Source of the DNA: Paramoeba atlantica
Lineage: Eukaryota > Protista > Discosea
Reading direction: 5' to 3'
Assembly: GCA_977017575.1 (NCBI GenBank)
Contig: CDRNVI010000088.1
Coordinates: 1-64,000 of the forward strand
Length of the DNA stretch: 64,000 nt
Part shown: positions 20,663 to 32,001 of the stretch, piece after piece
How the letters are laid out: each line of letters begins with the position of its first letter
Numbering within the stretch: the stretch's first letter is position 1
Notes under the pieces: generated by a model
Databases searched by the model: none
Seen by the model: the letters and a program-made list of their open reading frames with translations, nothing else
What the model was told of the DNA's origin: nothing
Translations under genes and position numbers: made by a program

Positions 20663-23224
20663 ATGTATTCATCGAATTGCTCTGAGAGAGAAGCTCTAGA
20701 AGGTATAAAAGAGGCTGAAGAAATGCTTTCAATACAACAATCTGAAATAAAACGGAGTGGAAAAAGGAAAAACGAACATGAAACTGAGTTATTTTTGGCA
20801 GGGCTTGAGAAACAAGTGTCCAAGCTAATCAAAGACAAATGTGAGTTACATTCACAAAAAAGCTGCAAAACAGATGGGAATATAATTCAACGCTCTCAAC
20901 TCTCAAAATCAATTTTAAAAAGCCATATAATATTTGTGACCAAAGGTAAATCAGGACGTTTGGCTGTAAATGCACCCGTGGCCCATACAAAAAACGATGT
21001 CTTTGATGCGAAACAAGGTGAAGTCGATTTGAATCAAAGCCCTTTTTCCGCCACTGAGTCCCCTACCCCACTGCATTGCGCAGGATTCAAAGATGCGTTA
21101 AATAATGCAAAGCGAATCCTTCAGAGTCGTCCAAAAGAAAAGGCACTTGATTCAAAGCAGGGGCAATTTGTGCTCCAAACAATGCAACAAACGGAGATAC
21201 ATCGCGACTTGGATGATGGGTATCTTGTTTTTCTTCACGGTGGGCCTGGTACTGGAAAAAGCGAAACGTGCCGTTGTTTAATGGAGGCAAAATTGTTGCA
21301 CCGACCTGGTTCAATCTTGGCCTTTGGGTACTCCGGATATTGTGCAGTTAATGTGTTGGGGGAAACAATTCACTCAGGATTCGCATTTCCGACAGCTTGG
21401 TAGCTTGGAAAACGCAAGGAAAATACATTCACATCATATTTAAATGTTGAAAGACTGGCAAAACTACGAAAAAAGTTTTCCGGTGTGGACACAATAGTTA
21501 TTGACGAAGCGTCGTGCGTTTCGACGAAGATGTTATGGCAAGTTCATGAGCGCTTATGTTGCATATCGAACAAAGAAATAAAATTTGGCGGATTTTCCAT
21601 CATAATGGTCGGTGATTTTTATCAGCTACCCCCTGTTAGGACATCAGGATCGTCGCTGATATATGGAGCCTCTTCCTCCGCGCACTCGAAAACCATTGGT
21701 ATTAATGACTTTTGCTTTTTCGATTTGACAGAGCAACATCGAGCAGTAGGTACTTCGCAAGAAGATGTAATGCATCAAGAAATGCTTAAAGATCTTCGAG
21801 ATCCCGATAAATGCGCCACTGCATTCAAAAATCTATTACAACGAGCCCAATTTGTTACGGAAAGTATTCCGGATAACGCGTTTATGCTTGAGAGTACAAA
21901 TCAAGAACGTGAAATACTGTCATTACTCAGGAGCAGAGAATTCGCCCTTACAAAAGGAATTCCTGTTTTAAAAGTTTCTATTAAAGGGGCTCAATACTTT
22001 TCTGTAACAGGAAAACCGACAATGTGCCTTGCCAATCTCAGTAGGGAGAATAGGCTCATAAACGGCACCCTGATGGAGGAGGATGGGGTGCTGGTTGGAA
22101 ATGAAAATGAAAAAGCACGCTTAACAAAATACGTAAAAGAAAACGGAAGAGCTGGCGAAATTTTAGATTGTACTTCCTTTGCAATTGTAGGAATAGCAGC
22201 AACAACAATCGACGGCAGAGTGTCAGCCGAATTTAAGAAAAGCGACCTGGATGATGAACTAGAAATTGGCTGCGGATTCTCATTCACGATACACAAAGTC
22301 CAAGGGGCCACAATTAACAATAATTTGTGTATTGACCTCAACTGAAGACCAACAAGCTACCGCAAAAGCATGCTAACACACTCAGCCGTGTACGTAGCAT
22401 TGTCGAGAGTAAAATCTGCAAAATTACATTGGTTATTGCCGGAAAGGTGTGAAGGAAGTTTTTCTTACTTGGAAAAGCTCCGACCCAACCCAGACTTGAT
22501 AGAATTCGTAAACGAGATGAAACGCAAGGGCGATAAAACAGTTTACATTCCTCAGAAAAGAACTTTAAAAACAGAATCTACAAAAAATCAACAGAGAGCG
22601 ACCAAGAAAAAGAAGACAGTAGTTCAGTGCCCGGCGGAACGTATTCCAAGGAAATCTTCAGATATGAAACCAATAATACAGACGCCCCCGCCTTGGTCAT
22701 ACACAGGGCAGCTTATCCCAGACACTGTTGTAAATACATTGGGTTCCTTGCTCTCAGAGGAATGCCGCGGATATGTGGTACTCGACAGCTCCGTTCCTTC
22801 TACGGTGTTTAAAAAATTTGTGGATAGCAATTCAAGCATAGGTGGAGAGATAAGGACAAGAATGCTTGAAGCTAACCGGATTGCTATGCCTTTTTACTTC
22901 GACTGCCATTTTGCTGTATGCTTAGCGTTCCCAAATGAAAAACGAGACGGAGGTGACCTACCGTGGTTTGATTCCCTTCCACTTCATAGCCCAAAAAGGC
23001 GAAACGAAATTTTAAGTTCGATAAAAGCTTCCATGATAGACATTTTTGGGGGGAGCAACATGACTTGGAAGTTATTTCCTGGATATGATCTGACTCAGAG
23101 TAATGGTTCGAATGACTGTGCGCTGTTTGTCTGCCGGTGGTTGTTACATTTTTCGAGAAATACTTCAATAGAAATTCCAATGGAATTAACAAGAGAAGAA
23201 TTAGCACGACTAGTGTCTAAATGA
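20663..23224 (+). pseudogene. Pif1 helicase plus C-terminal Ulp1/SENP-like protease segment, with in-frame TAG (21401-21403) and TGA (22343-22345)
   Basis: The three track ORFs are in one frame, separated only by single stops. All Pif1 motifs and the protease H/D/C triad are recognisable. Confidence 0.85.
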
Positions 23225-23339
23225 GCTGTTCATGCAGCTTGGGGTAATGACCTTTCTCATTAACTTACATTTTTTTTTCATTAACTTACATTTTTGTGAG
23301 CTATCTGTCTGCCGTCGATTTTTGAAAAAAAAGTGAACA

Positions 23340-23533
23340 AACCCAGGCTAAAGTGGACGAGGGAGATACTAAAAACACCTCAGGCAAACCACCACAAAAA
23401 TGCAACAGTATCTCCCGTTAAAGATTCTTTTGTCCCATCAGAATCCTTTACAAATCGGGAGATACCGTTGCATTTTTGTGGTGGTTTGCCTGAGGTGTTT
23501 TTAGTATCTCCCTCGTCCACTTTAGCCTGGGTT
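23340..23533. repeat. Fold-back with perfect 67-bp arms (plus a further 10 bp)
   Basis: 23340-23406 is the exact reverse complement of 23467-23533. The inner GTATCTCCCG/CGGGAGATAC also pairs. Confidence 0.95.
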
Positions 23534-23588
23534 ATATTACCGTGTTCTTCTTTATATTTTCACTGTTTTTATTCAGTTATTTGTTCCA

Positions 23589-23765
23589 TTCCGTTTTCTT
23601 CAGCTTTCCAGGCAAAAGTTTCTTTTTTAGGCTCTTGGTTAAATGCTGTGGTAGTTTTCAACGCGAAGCGCGCAGCATGAGTGACTTCTAAGTTGAAAAC
23701 TACCACAGCATTTAACCAATAGCCTAAAAAAGAAACTTTTGCCTGGAAAGCTGAAGAAAACGGAA
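23589..23765. repeat. Fold-back with 74-bp arms (1 mismatch) and a 29-bp loop
   Basis: 23589-23662 versus 23692-23765. Confidence 0.95.
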
Positions 23766-24388
23766 AGATCATAGCCAAAAATGGCCGATTTTCGGGTGAA
23801 AATGGGGTGATTTTTTTGAAATACTTTTTCGCATGTTTTACTCAAAAATGGATCATATTGGGTGGCATACCAAGGCTCGAAGAAGGGGTGTCTGGTAAGA
23901 GCAACTGCGGAGAAAGCTAGTATAGATCCCAAAATGCAACAGGAGAAATGATTTCGAAAAAATATTGTTTTTGCCATTTTTGCTTGTGAAAACGTGTTAA
24001 AACGCTTACCCCCGGAGCCCCCCAACATGCAGACACCCACCCCCTACCCTCTATACGCCCCCTGTGGGGCTCCCGAGCCAAATCTTTCTTACTGGGGGTC
24101 AGCCCAAAAAGGGCCAAATCTCTCTTACTGGGGGGCGGTATCTTACTGGGGGGGTATACGGTATTGTATTACTGTGTACCTCTTTATATTTTCACTGTTT
24201 TTGTTCACTTTTTTTTCAATAATCGAGGGTAGAGCGGTAGTTATACAACCACAGCAATATTTTGTTGTTCACTGCTTTGTCAAGTTCTCTCTTTTATGAC
24301 AGAAAAGGGGGTGGACGTCATGTGCCTTCATCTGGTGGTACCTTCGTCTGGTGGTACTTAAGTTTTTATGGAATAGAGATGGATCGAT

Positions 24389-26383
24389 TTAGTAGTCCAT
24401 AAATTGTTCCTTCTCGTCAGTTCTTTCCGAAGAAATTTCTTTTCGAAATTGTTTTTCGATCTCGCTGACAATTATTTTCCCCATTAATACCGTTGGGATT
24501 GGTTCGTGCAGATTAATGCGGACCATATCTGTGGTAAGTCCCATTGGCTCCCCCAAAAGAAAGTCTGTAAACAACCCCATGTGCTTCGTGTAGCGCTGAG
24601 AGAAGTGAGTAAATAGAGAAAATTTAGCTTTCATTGCACGCGCCACATCTATTGCTTCTGTTATTGTAGAATGAAACTTTGAATGAGCATCTTCCTGTTC
24701 TGAGGGAAGAAATGTAGCTTCATGAATAAGCCAATCTGCGTCCTTTCCTGCATTAATGAGAGTAGAGCATGGACGAGTATCTCCCGAAAAAACAAATTTT
24801 CTTCCATTCAAAGAAAGTACGAATCCGTACGAATCGGAAGGATGAAGAACTCGAACGCAGTGTAACCAATTCGTAACTATTCCTCCATTTCGAGGAAGAG
24901 AAAGACACTTGATTGTTTCTGTACGGCTAGTCCATATACTTATGTGATTCAAACAGCAGGATGCGTACGCTAACATCGAAGGGGGAAGAAAGAGAGTGAT
25001 GCTGGGAGATGATTGTCCGTTAAGACCTTTGTAGAGTATTTCAAAAAGGAAGCTCCAAAGACCAAAATGATGATCTGCATGTCCATGAGTGCAAAGAATC
25101 GCAATTTCATCGGCCCATGACATAAAAGGTTTAATATCGTACATGCGGCGCAACTGCCCGAGGCTACCTTCTCCGCAGTCTATTATAACAATGTATCTTT
25201 TGTGGTTGAACTCAAATAGAAGAAGATTACACGTCACGTTCCGAAACACCGAGGGAACCGCGCAACCGGAACCCAATATCAAAAGAACAGGACCATGACA
25301 CAGTCCTGTATGCCCCTTTGCAACACTCAATGTCAGGCTATCAGAAAAGGTTGTACCATTCTTTTCCACTGAAAATAAACCAGATTCCACGTAGGATTCT
25401 GACGGGACTGTTTTCTTTTTCCTAGAGGAATGAAATATATATCGTAGGCCTGGTTTCATCCAATACCATTGTGGGGAATCTGAGAAAGCTTCATGATCGT
25501 GTTTAAAGGCAACTTGAAAATGGGTCCGAGGAAAGCTGAGGGGGTCAAGTGAATGCAGTCTACGATGTACAATGTCGGAGTCTCGAAAGCAGCTGTGCCA
25601 CGTAGAAGGGTCTAGACGCCACCTAGTCGAGGAAGCGAAATGAATACTTGGTTCGCTCGCTATATTATACTTAGTGTCGATTGATAGAGTAATGTTCATA
25701 TTTTGAACCTGTGCTACAAGCTTAGGAATATATCCATGATAAATTAGAGCATGTTGCACAGGATCCGGACGTCCCAACACTTGATGCGGATGCACCATAA
25801 AATCGGGACGCTCATCACTTTGAACGCTGCATCCCGTTTTCAACAGACTATACTTCGGTCCTGGTAAAACTCCAAGAGCTTTTGCGGCAGAAACGTTGAA
25901 GGTCCCTGCTCGAGCAGGAATCTCAATCAGTAGAGGGCATATGCCGTATGGCCACTGAGTGGTGGAAGATTCTCCTGTAGAGAGAAACTGAAACCTAACT
26001 TTGTCATCAGCATAAACTGTTTCGGTAAACTTCACCCCCAAAGGGCGCTGTACGTTTTGTAAAGCAAAGGAACAGGCCTCCCACCAAGCCTCCGCAGCCA
26101 CTCGAGTGGAGACATTGCTACATAGCACGATGAGATCTCTGTGCTCGGTTGCTACTTCGCAAAGTGTGATGTACAGACCAGGCAGTCCAAAAATACAACC
26201 TGGGCACATACAGGGGAGAATCACAACGCGTAGACGTCCGTTGTGAGCCAAGTGATGGTGTCTCTCGGCGCAATAGCGCTGTGTACCTTCCGGGCAATAT
26301 ATCAAATAGTAAGCGTTTTCTATGGTAAAGAGAAGGGGAGGCACCGCATTAGGTGTATCCGTTCCCAGACACACAACTGACAT
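24389..26383 (-). CDS. tRNase Z (long form, ELAC2/Trz1-like)
   Basis: PEGTQR, GSGCAVPSVFRNV, DCGEGSLGQL, THGHADHHFGL, HPSDSYG, SGDTRP, IHEATF, HST..EA, THFSQRY. Confidence 0.92.
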   Translation of the reverse strand: MSVVCLGTDTPNAVPPLLFTIENAYYLIYCPEGTQRYCAERHHHLAHNGRLRVVILPCMCPGCIFGLPGLYITLCEVATEHRDLIVLCSNVSTRVAAEAWWEACSFALQNVQRPLGVKFTETVYADDKVRFQFLSTGESSTTQWPYGICPLLIEIPARAGTFNVSAAKALGVLPGPKYSLLKTGCSVQSDERPDFMVHPHQVLGRPDPVQHALIYHGYIPKLVAQVQNMNITLSIDTKYNIASEPSIHFASSTRWRLDPSTWHSCFRDSDIVHRRLHSLDPLSFPRTHFQVAFKHDHEAFSDSPQWYWMKPGLRYIFHSSRKKKTVPSESYVESGLFSVEKNGTTFSDSLTLSVAKGHTGLCHGPVLLILGSGCAVPSVFRNVTCNLLLFEFNHKRYIVIIDCGEGSLGQLRRMYDIKPFMSWADEIAILCTHGHADHHFGLWSFLFEILYKGLNGQSSPSITLFLPPSMLAYASCCLNHISIWTSRTETIKCLSLPRNGGIVTNWLHCVRVLHPSDSYGFVLSLNGRKFVFSGDTRPCSTLINAGKDADWLIHEATFLPSEQEDAHSKFHSTITEAIDVARAMKAKFSLFTHFSQRYTKHMGLFTDFLLGEPMGLTTDMVRINLHEPIPTVLMGKIIVSEIEKQFRKEISSERTDEKEQFMDY

Positions 26384-26897
26384 ACAGCAGAGGAAACAGC
26401 GACTCTTAGATCAGATGTGCCGCAGAAAATGCTGGATCCGAGTTAATAAAATCTTATTCTACAGCGTGCTGCTAAAAGTGTAGATACCTACGATCCAGAA
26501 CACTGATTTCCTCGACAGCACATTGTGTAACTGAAAAGTGGTAAGGCGTAGGCTGCCTAAATAAATTACGCAAGGACATTACAAATGATCAGACAGGTAG
26601 ATTCGCATTCATAGAATGTAAAAGAGAATTGTCAGTGAATAATTGCTCTTTCTTCATAAAACATACTAAGAAATGCATACATTTATAACTCTAAAAATGC
26701 ATACATTTATACTCTTGCATCACAAACTTCAATCACTAAAAGTTATGGACATTCTGTATTTCGCTTCATTGCTTTTGAATTTAAGGATTTTTTCAATCTC
26801 CAATCCGGCTCAAGATACCATACATTTACCAATCCGTACATCACGTAATTTGATACAACGCGCCCATTTTCATTTCGACCTTTCGACGTTCTCTCAC

Positions 26898-27362
26898 TCA
26901 CGCACTTTCATACACCCACGGCTGACTGTGGCTTTTCCAATCTACAAGCTCTTCTGGCTTGAACCACAACGCAATTTCCTTCTCCGCGCTCTCTACGCTA
27001 TCACTTCCGTGACAGATGTTGCGACCCACGTCTATGCAGAGATCGCCACGAATTGTCCCGGGAAGGGAATCCTCGGGACGTGTGGCTCCCAAAAGTGTGC
27101 GTCCACCTTTGACCGCACCCAAGCCCTGCCACACCATACCCACAATAGGGCCGTTTGCGATGTAGGAACATAAGCTGGGGTAAAACTTCTTACCCTTCAG
27201 GTCAATATAGTGCTCAAAGGTTTGCTCCAGGGTGGGCTGGATCAGTTTCAGTGCCATCAGTTTGTATCCCTTGACTTCAAACCGTTTAATGATTTCGCCG
27301 ACTAGCCCGCGCTGTACTCCGTCAGGCTTTACAGCAATAAAAGTACGCTCCTCTGTGGACAT
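26898..27362 (-). CDS. NDK: Nucleoside diphosphate kinase
   Basis: [41 protein letters not shown]. Confidence 0.98.
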   Translation of the reverse strand: MSTEERTFIAVKPDGVQRGLVGEIIKRFEVKGYKLMALKLIQPTLEQTFEHYIDLKGKKFYPSLCSYIANGPIVGMVWQGLGAVKGGRTLLGATRPEDSLPGTIRGDLCIDVGRNICHGSDSVESAEKEIALWFKPEELVDWKSHSQPWVYESA

Positions 27363-27500
27363 ATTGATATGTGGGCTCTCTGAAAAGAAAGTAACTCTAG
27401 TGAAAGTAAGACAATAATGAATACTACACTTCTGATTAATCTAAAGAAAACTAGTCACGCGAACTAACGGAAAAAAATAAAGGGATTCAACACACAAAAA

Positions 27501-28619
27501 TCAATCCACACGCAATGTCTTTGCCGAGTTTCCTGAACTAGTGTGGGTATTCTGAGTTGCAGTTTCTGCCTCTTTTTCGGAGTGAGTTTCGGTACGAGTG
27601 ACGCAAGCCTCGTCCGCTGATCTTTTAGAGCGAGCCACGTGCGTTACTTTTGTCACGTTGTTTGCTGAATTCGTTGTGGATAATGTATTCTGGTTATCGA
27701 TACGCGCCGTGGTTTGAAACACCGAGATTACATTCCCCGTGGCAGGATTCAGGCTCGTGTGCGCCACCTTAACACTTTTGGCTAAACCTCTGATCTCCCA
27801 CTTCAGCTTCGTCGGGTCGTTCTCCTTTAACAATTCCTCCATCTCCTCCAGTTGCTCTTTTTGCGTCTCACTCAGCTCTGTACCTTCCCGTCGCAACGGA
27901 GCCAGCGCCGCAAGTGCGGAGGTGTACTGCTCACACAACAGGTACGTCTGTGCGAGCTGTAGCGCCCCCTCCGTGCTGGGACACTCCCTCCCCCGGCGCT
28001 CCGCAATATCTCGCGCTGCCTTAAAGTCCTCTCTCTCCACATACGCGCTGCACAGCGTGTGGAGTGACTTGGAGGTGAGCTCAGGGTCTCCTCGACGCTG
28101 TGCCCCGGAGAGCGCCCGGAACAAACACTCCGTGACCACATCCCAGTCCTCTCGTGTGTTTTCATCCTCTCGCTCATCTTTGTCCCCGTCGTCGAGAGAT
28201 TTTTGAAGTAGACGGAAGAAGCAGTTGGCGTAGTCGAAATACGACGCAGCACACTCCGGGTGCGTCTCTCCTAACGCTCGGGTCTGAAAGTGCAGCACGT
28301 GGAAGTACAGGTTAACGGCAGCGGCAAGAGCGGTTTTATCACGGACACGGGAAGAGACCGGGTCGAGGGCGTCCTGTAGTTTCTGGGCCGCGTTATGGCG
28401 GACGGTTTGCAGGTCGTGGGGGGTTTGAATGTTGGGATCCGCGTCCTCCGTTGTGTCGTCTTCCTCCGTCTCTTCATCTTTTTGGTCTTGCTCTTCGATG
28501 GAGGAGGCGCTGTTTATGGTAGACCCCAACGTACTTGAGGAGGTAACGGAGGTGTCCGATTCTTCCGCCGAAGTTGACTCGGCACTCTGCGAAAGGGCAT
28601 GTTCACTTTCACCTTCCAT
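27501..28619 (-). CDS. Acidic TPR-like protein, possibly a NASP/Hif1-type histone chaperone
   Basis: Acidic N-terminus, HPECAASYFDYA, EDWDVVTECL and helical repeats. Family assignment is tentative. Confidence 0.45.
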   Translation of the reverse strand: MEGESEHALSQSAESTSAEESDTSVTSSSTLGSTINSASSIEEQDQKDEETEEDDTTEDADPNIQTPHDLQTVRHNAAQKLQDALDPVSSRVRDKTALAAAVNLYFHVLHFQTRALGETHPECAASYFDYANCFFRLLQKSLDDGDKDEREDENTREDWDVVTECLFRALSGAQRRGDPELTSKSLHTLCSAYVEREDFKAARDIAERRGRECPSTEGALQLAQTYLLCEQYTSALAALAPLRREGTELSETQKEQLEEMEELLKENDPTKLKWEIRGLAKSVKVAHTSLNPATGNVISVFQTTARIDNQNTLSTTNSANNVTKVTHVARSKRSADEACVTRTETHSEKEAETATQNTHTSSGNSAKTLRVD

Positions 28620-28799
28620 TTACAGAATACAACCAGTAAATGATGCTTGTTCAACAATAATTTGTTTAGTGAAGTGTAAAATTAAGAATCAGACAAATTG
28701 TTGGACAAAAGTAAGACACATTGTATTTATGAAACAAATAATTTAAGAATACGCTACTCATTTAATTCTCAGAAAGATCAGAAACTCTGGACTGCTTTT

Positions 28800-30443
28800 T
28801 CATATTTCTTGTGAAATGCGTGCAAGCACGTATTGTGGTAATAACTCTTGAACATCGAGAGGCTGGGATTCTGTCGCCGTACACTGAGCAGATAAATAAG
28901 GAAGACATTCTTTTTGTTGGACAGATATTTCATCAAGAATATTTTTGCGTACGCGACATGCAATTACAAAGACCTCTTTCAAGGTTTCTTTCTGTTTGGA
29001 ATCTAAAGATCCGGTGAGTGCAAGATAGGCATCCAAAGGGGTGAGAAAGACACCCAATGACATACGATGATAAGCGCATTGTTCGAACGGTGACTTACAG
29101 CATGGAAGTTGCGGTGAAGAGCTGTGAACAAAATATCCGGCAAGTTCTACGCACCCCATCGCGACGTACGCAATTGTGGTTTGGCTTTCCATGTGTTTCG
29201 AAGCCAGAGAAATATCAAATAGTATTGAATCGATTTTCACATTAGGACATGAAAGCTGAAGTAAGAAACGGTGCGTTTCGAAGGGGGTGGGAACCCAAAC
29301 AGCAAAAGGACTGAAAGGGAAATTTGCAGAACTTATAGGCTCTATGTCTAAATCCCCATGTGAAAACGAATTTCCAAGAAGACGCTGAATGTTTCGCTTT
29401 GAATCCAAATGAAGTTTCAAGCGAATAGCGTCAACATCTTTTTCCTCCGGTATCAAGCGTATGTACGAATTTTTCACATGTACTTCTTTGTGGCCAAAAG
29501 TAGAAGGATTACGGTAGTGAAACCATGCTAAAATACATCGATGAAATTGATATAAAAGGCTTTTCAGTTGAAATATCGGACATGAGAAAGACATGCTTTT
29601 CATAACCGACGACGAAACTGATGTGGATGAACTCTCTGTACGTATTGGCAGCAAAGCACGGATAAGATCACAGCATACCTTCCATTGCACAGCGGAATTC
29701 GACGACGTTTCAGCAGAGACACGTTGCGACAGAGAGTCCAAAGTCCGAAACAAATTACAGCATACATGAAGGTGCCGTTCTGTAAAAGATTGCAATTTCA
29801 AAAAATCAATGTTTAGGGAGCGATAAAGTTCGGGAGTTCTTACTTGAAACACCTCAGTCACAAATCGACCCCATACGGCGTAGTGTGCTGGTAGCCTGCA
29901 CGTCTTTTCTCCTGGCGGCTTTCTTTTATCAACTTTTTCTTTTACACCATTCCGATTCCAGTTTTTCGTGAGTTTACTGGACGACGCTTTTTGAATCAAC
30001 TCTTTGGATTCTACCTGTACCTTTCTTTCATTTACAGATTCCGGCAAGGTAGTCTTCATTTTTATTGATCTTGGAGGTTCTTTCAAAGCTGCACTACTTC
30101 GTGTTGCACGTCGAGAGCCATGTTCAGGTACAGGTGCAATAGAAACGGAACGAGCACGAGTAGAGCGTGTATTCATTTTGTCTACGGCACCACTCTGACG
30201 ATGTAATCGCGGCTGAGATTCAGAAGGATTCCTACGTCTTTTTGAAGATCGGTTCGAATTTACCTCTTGTTGGGACTGCTTCCTCAATAATTGCCTTGTA
30301 GCGAGCTTATCAGATATTTTTGGAATGTCACTTTTGGCCATTTTTCGGTTCGACTTCGAGGTTCCCATGTGCTTTGAAGTTATAAGATACGGAAACTCAA
30401 TTAAAGACATGCACAATCTTAGTTTTAGATGAAATTCCCTCAT
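28800..30443 (-). CDS. Hypothetical protein
   Basis: 547-aa ORF on the cluster strand with no motif recognised. The start may be an internal Met. Confidence 0.6.
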   Translation of the reverse strand: MREFHLKLRLCMSLIEFPYLITSKHMGTSKSNRKMAKSDIPKISDKLATRQLLRKQSQQEVNSNRSSKRRRNPSESQPRLHRQSGAVDKMNTRSTRARSVSIAPVPEHGSRRATRSSAALKEPPRSIKMKTTLPESVNERKVQVESKELIQKASSSKLTKNWNRNGVKEKVDKRKPPGEKTCRLPAHYAVWGRFVTEVFQVRTPELYRSLNIDFLKLQSFTERHLHVCCNLFRTLDSLSQRVSAETSSNSAVQWKVCCDLIRALLPIRTESSSTSVSSSVMKSMSFSCPIFQLKSLLYQFHRCILAWFHYRNPSTFGHKEVHVKNSYIRLIPEEKDVDAIRLKLHLDSKRNIQRLLGNSFSHGDLDIEPISSANFPFSPFAVWVPTPFETHRFLLQLSCPNVKIDSILFDISLASKHMESQTTIAYVAMGCVELAGYFVHSSSPQLPCCKSPFEQCAYHRMSLGVFLTPLDAYLALTGSLDSKQKETLKEVFVIACRVRKNILDEISVQQKECLPYLSAQCTATESQPLDVQELLPQYVLARISQEI

Positions 30444-30689
30444 GTAGTCTATCCTGCAAAGGCCTGCAACAAATTGTATCTACTAAATTAGTAGTAGTAC
30501 TAATAAAGAATGGCAATAAAGAGCCAACGCTCACCTTAAATTCAATACTGAAAAACAAATTAAGCATGGAAATCTAACTGGCCGGGAATAATAGTTCAAA
30601 ACATGGACTCAACTCCTTGCGTTCAAGTAAGTAATTGCCAGTAAGACTCATGCAAACTCGGTAGAAGACGTTATAAACAAGACTCAGAG

Positions 30690-31835
30690 TTACTCGGGCT
30701 TTTTAAGACATGTGAACTGTGATCGATATACCGTTTGTCTTATACTTTTCACATTCGCAGTGTAAGTACAATTCACTAGCTCATCGCTTACAACCTGAAA
30801 GCCCACGTTGCGCGCGACTTCCAAGATCTCTTCATGCGTGAGTTCCACAGAAACCTCATCCTTTTCACCGGAAAAGTGATACAACAATGGACCAAGATTT
30901 ATCCAACTGCCACCCGGTCGCAGAGCGTTAAAAATTGTTTCAACGTACTCAATTACATTGTGTGCGGTGTCCACAAAAAAACAAGTTACCACCGCGTTCC
31001 ACATTCCTAATTGATCGGGTTTGGAATACACCTCAACGAACTCACCCGCACACATGGAGAAGGAACCCACGGGATGCCCAGCGACTTCCCTCTCGGTTAT
31101 CATATCGCGTGTGGTACGATGTGGAATGCGAATCTCACGAAACTGGTCGTCACGACTTAAGTGGTTAGTGCTGGCGCCTATGTAGGGGTAAATAGAGTGC
31201 TGTTCCGCAATCATGGAGTAGTTCAACACGTAGTGACCTGCGATAAGCATGTGGTAGGAAAACTCATTCCCCTGAGAGTAGAACCCAAGAAGCGAGGCCT
31301 CAAAGCTCAGACGACTTAACCCTGCCCCAGGAAACAAGATGTGGATCGATGAGCGTTGGGGAACATCCGGAAACAGCTCACAGAGTTTATTCAGCAGTGG
31401 GCCGTAACACTGAGAGCGTTCTACCTCTCCTTCAAGCGACCAGTCTCTAACAAACTGACGCAAAGTACTGGCGGCCTTGTCAAGGTCCAAGACCGAAGGT
31501 ATAAGCGGCGATGGTCTGTGCAAATCCTGTGATTGCGTTCCCCAGTAGGAGTCATATAAGGTGTGAGAGGCGCTGAGCACGTGGTTGTAGAAGGAAGCAT
31601 TCTTCGCAATAGCTTTCGCAAAGCGCCCAGGAAGAATAAAAGGATCCTTTCCAAGGAGCCTCTTGTGGTGAGCTGAAAGCTTTTCAAGGTTTCGAAACCA
31701 TTCGACGCTCGACTCTGTGCTGCGTTGTTCCAAGAGCCGAAAAGACTCTGCGGTGCGAAGAAAGCACAATTGATCATTCCAGGTGTCATTCGACTCCTCA
31801 TTCGGGCTTTCCAACCGTTTGTCTGGCAATGTCAT
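30690..31835 (-). CDS. CARNMT1: Carnosine N-methyltransferase (N2227-like)
   Basis: STLRQFVRDWS.EG..ER, FPGAGLSRL, GNEFSYHML, AGEFVEVY, VVTCFFVDTAHNVIEY, WINLGPLLYHF. Confidence 0.92.
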   Translation of the reverse strand: MTLPDKRLESPNEESNDTWNDQLCFLRTAESFRLLEQRSTESSVEWFRNLEKLSAHHKRLLGKDPFILPGRFAKAIAKNASFYNHVLSASHTLYDSYWGTQSQDLHRPSPLIPSVLDLDKAASTLRQFVRDWSLEGEVERSQCYGPLLNKLCELFPDVPQRSSIHILFPGAGLSRLSFEASLLGFYSQGNEFSYHMLIAGHYVLNYSMIAEQHSIYPYIGASTNHLSRDDQFREIRIPHRTTRDMITEREVAGHPVGSFSMCAGEFVEVYSKPDQLGMWNAVVTCFFVDTAHNVIEYVETIFNALRPGGSWINLGPLLYHFSGEKDEVSVELTHEEILEVARNVGFQVVSDELVNCTYTANVKSIRQTVYRSQFTCLKKPE

Positions 31836-32001
31836 GCGCTAGTTACGTACCTAAAAGAAAAGGACTACTGAACCTAAGAAATACCACAGGACTACTACAT
31901 AATACTTTCGCGTTTCTATGTATTTCTCTGAGATTACTGATTCTTAAAGAAAAATTCCTTCACGGTAATTCACGTTCCTCGAATGATTTCCAAGGAATAT
32001 A

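Larger units (their letters stand above)
16199..23224 (+). mobile_element. Decayed Helitron2/Helentron-like rolling-circle transposon (ZnF x3 - Rep/HUH - Pif1 helicase - Ulp1/C48 protease)
   Basis: Rep motifs: YITISPCD, VETQGRGSLHMHML, YLFKYLSK. Pif1 motifs: GGPGTGKS, GETIHS, IDEAS, GDFYQLPPV, TIHKVQGAT, YVALSRV. Protease motifs: HFAV, WFDS, QSNGSNDC. It is disrupted by a SINE, two frameshifts and two in-frame stops. The termini were not identified. Confidence 0.88.

Noticed and set aside
21401-22345. Stop-codon reassignment or readthrough suggested by in-frame TAG, TGA (and TAA at 50216)
   Set aside because: These occur only in transposon remnants that also carry frameshifts. Host genes are uninterrupted and end at standard stops.
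23200-23340. Canonical Helitron 3' end (hairpin plus CTRR)
   Set aside because: A CTAG lies at ~23209 inside the ORF, but no convincing GC-rich hairpin plus terminus could be assigned.
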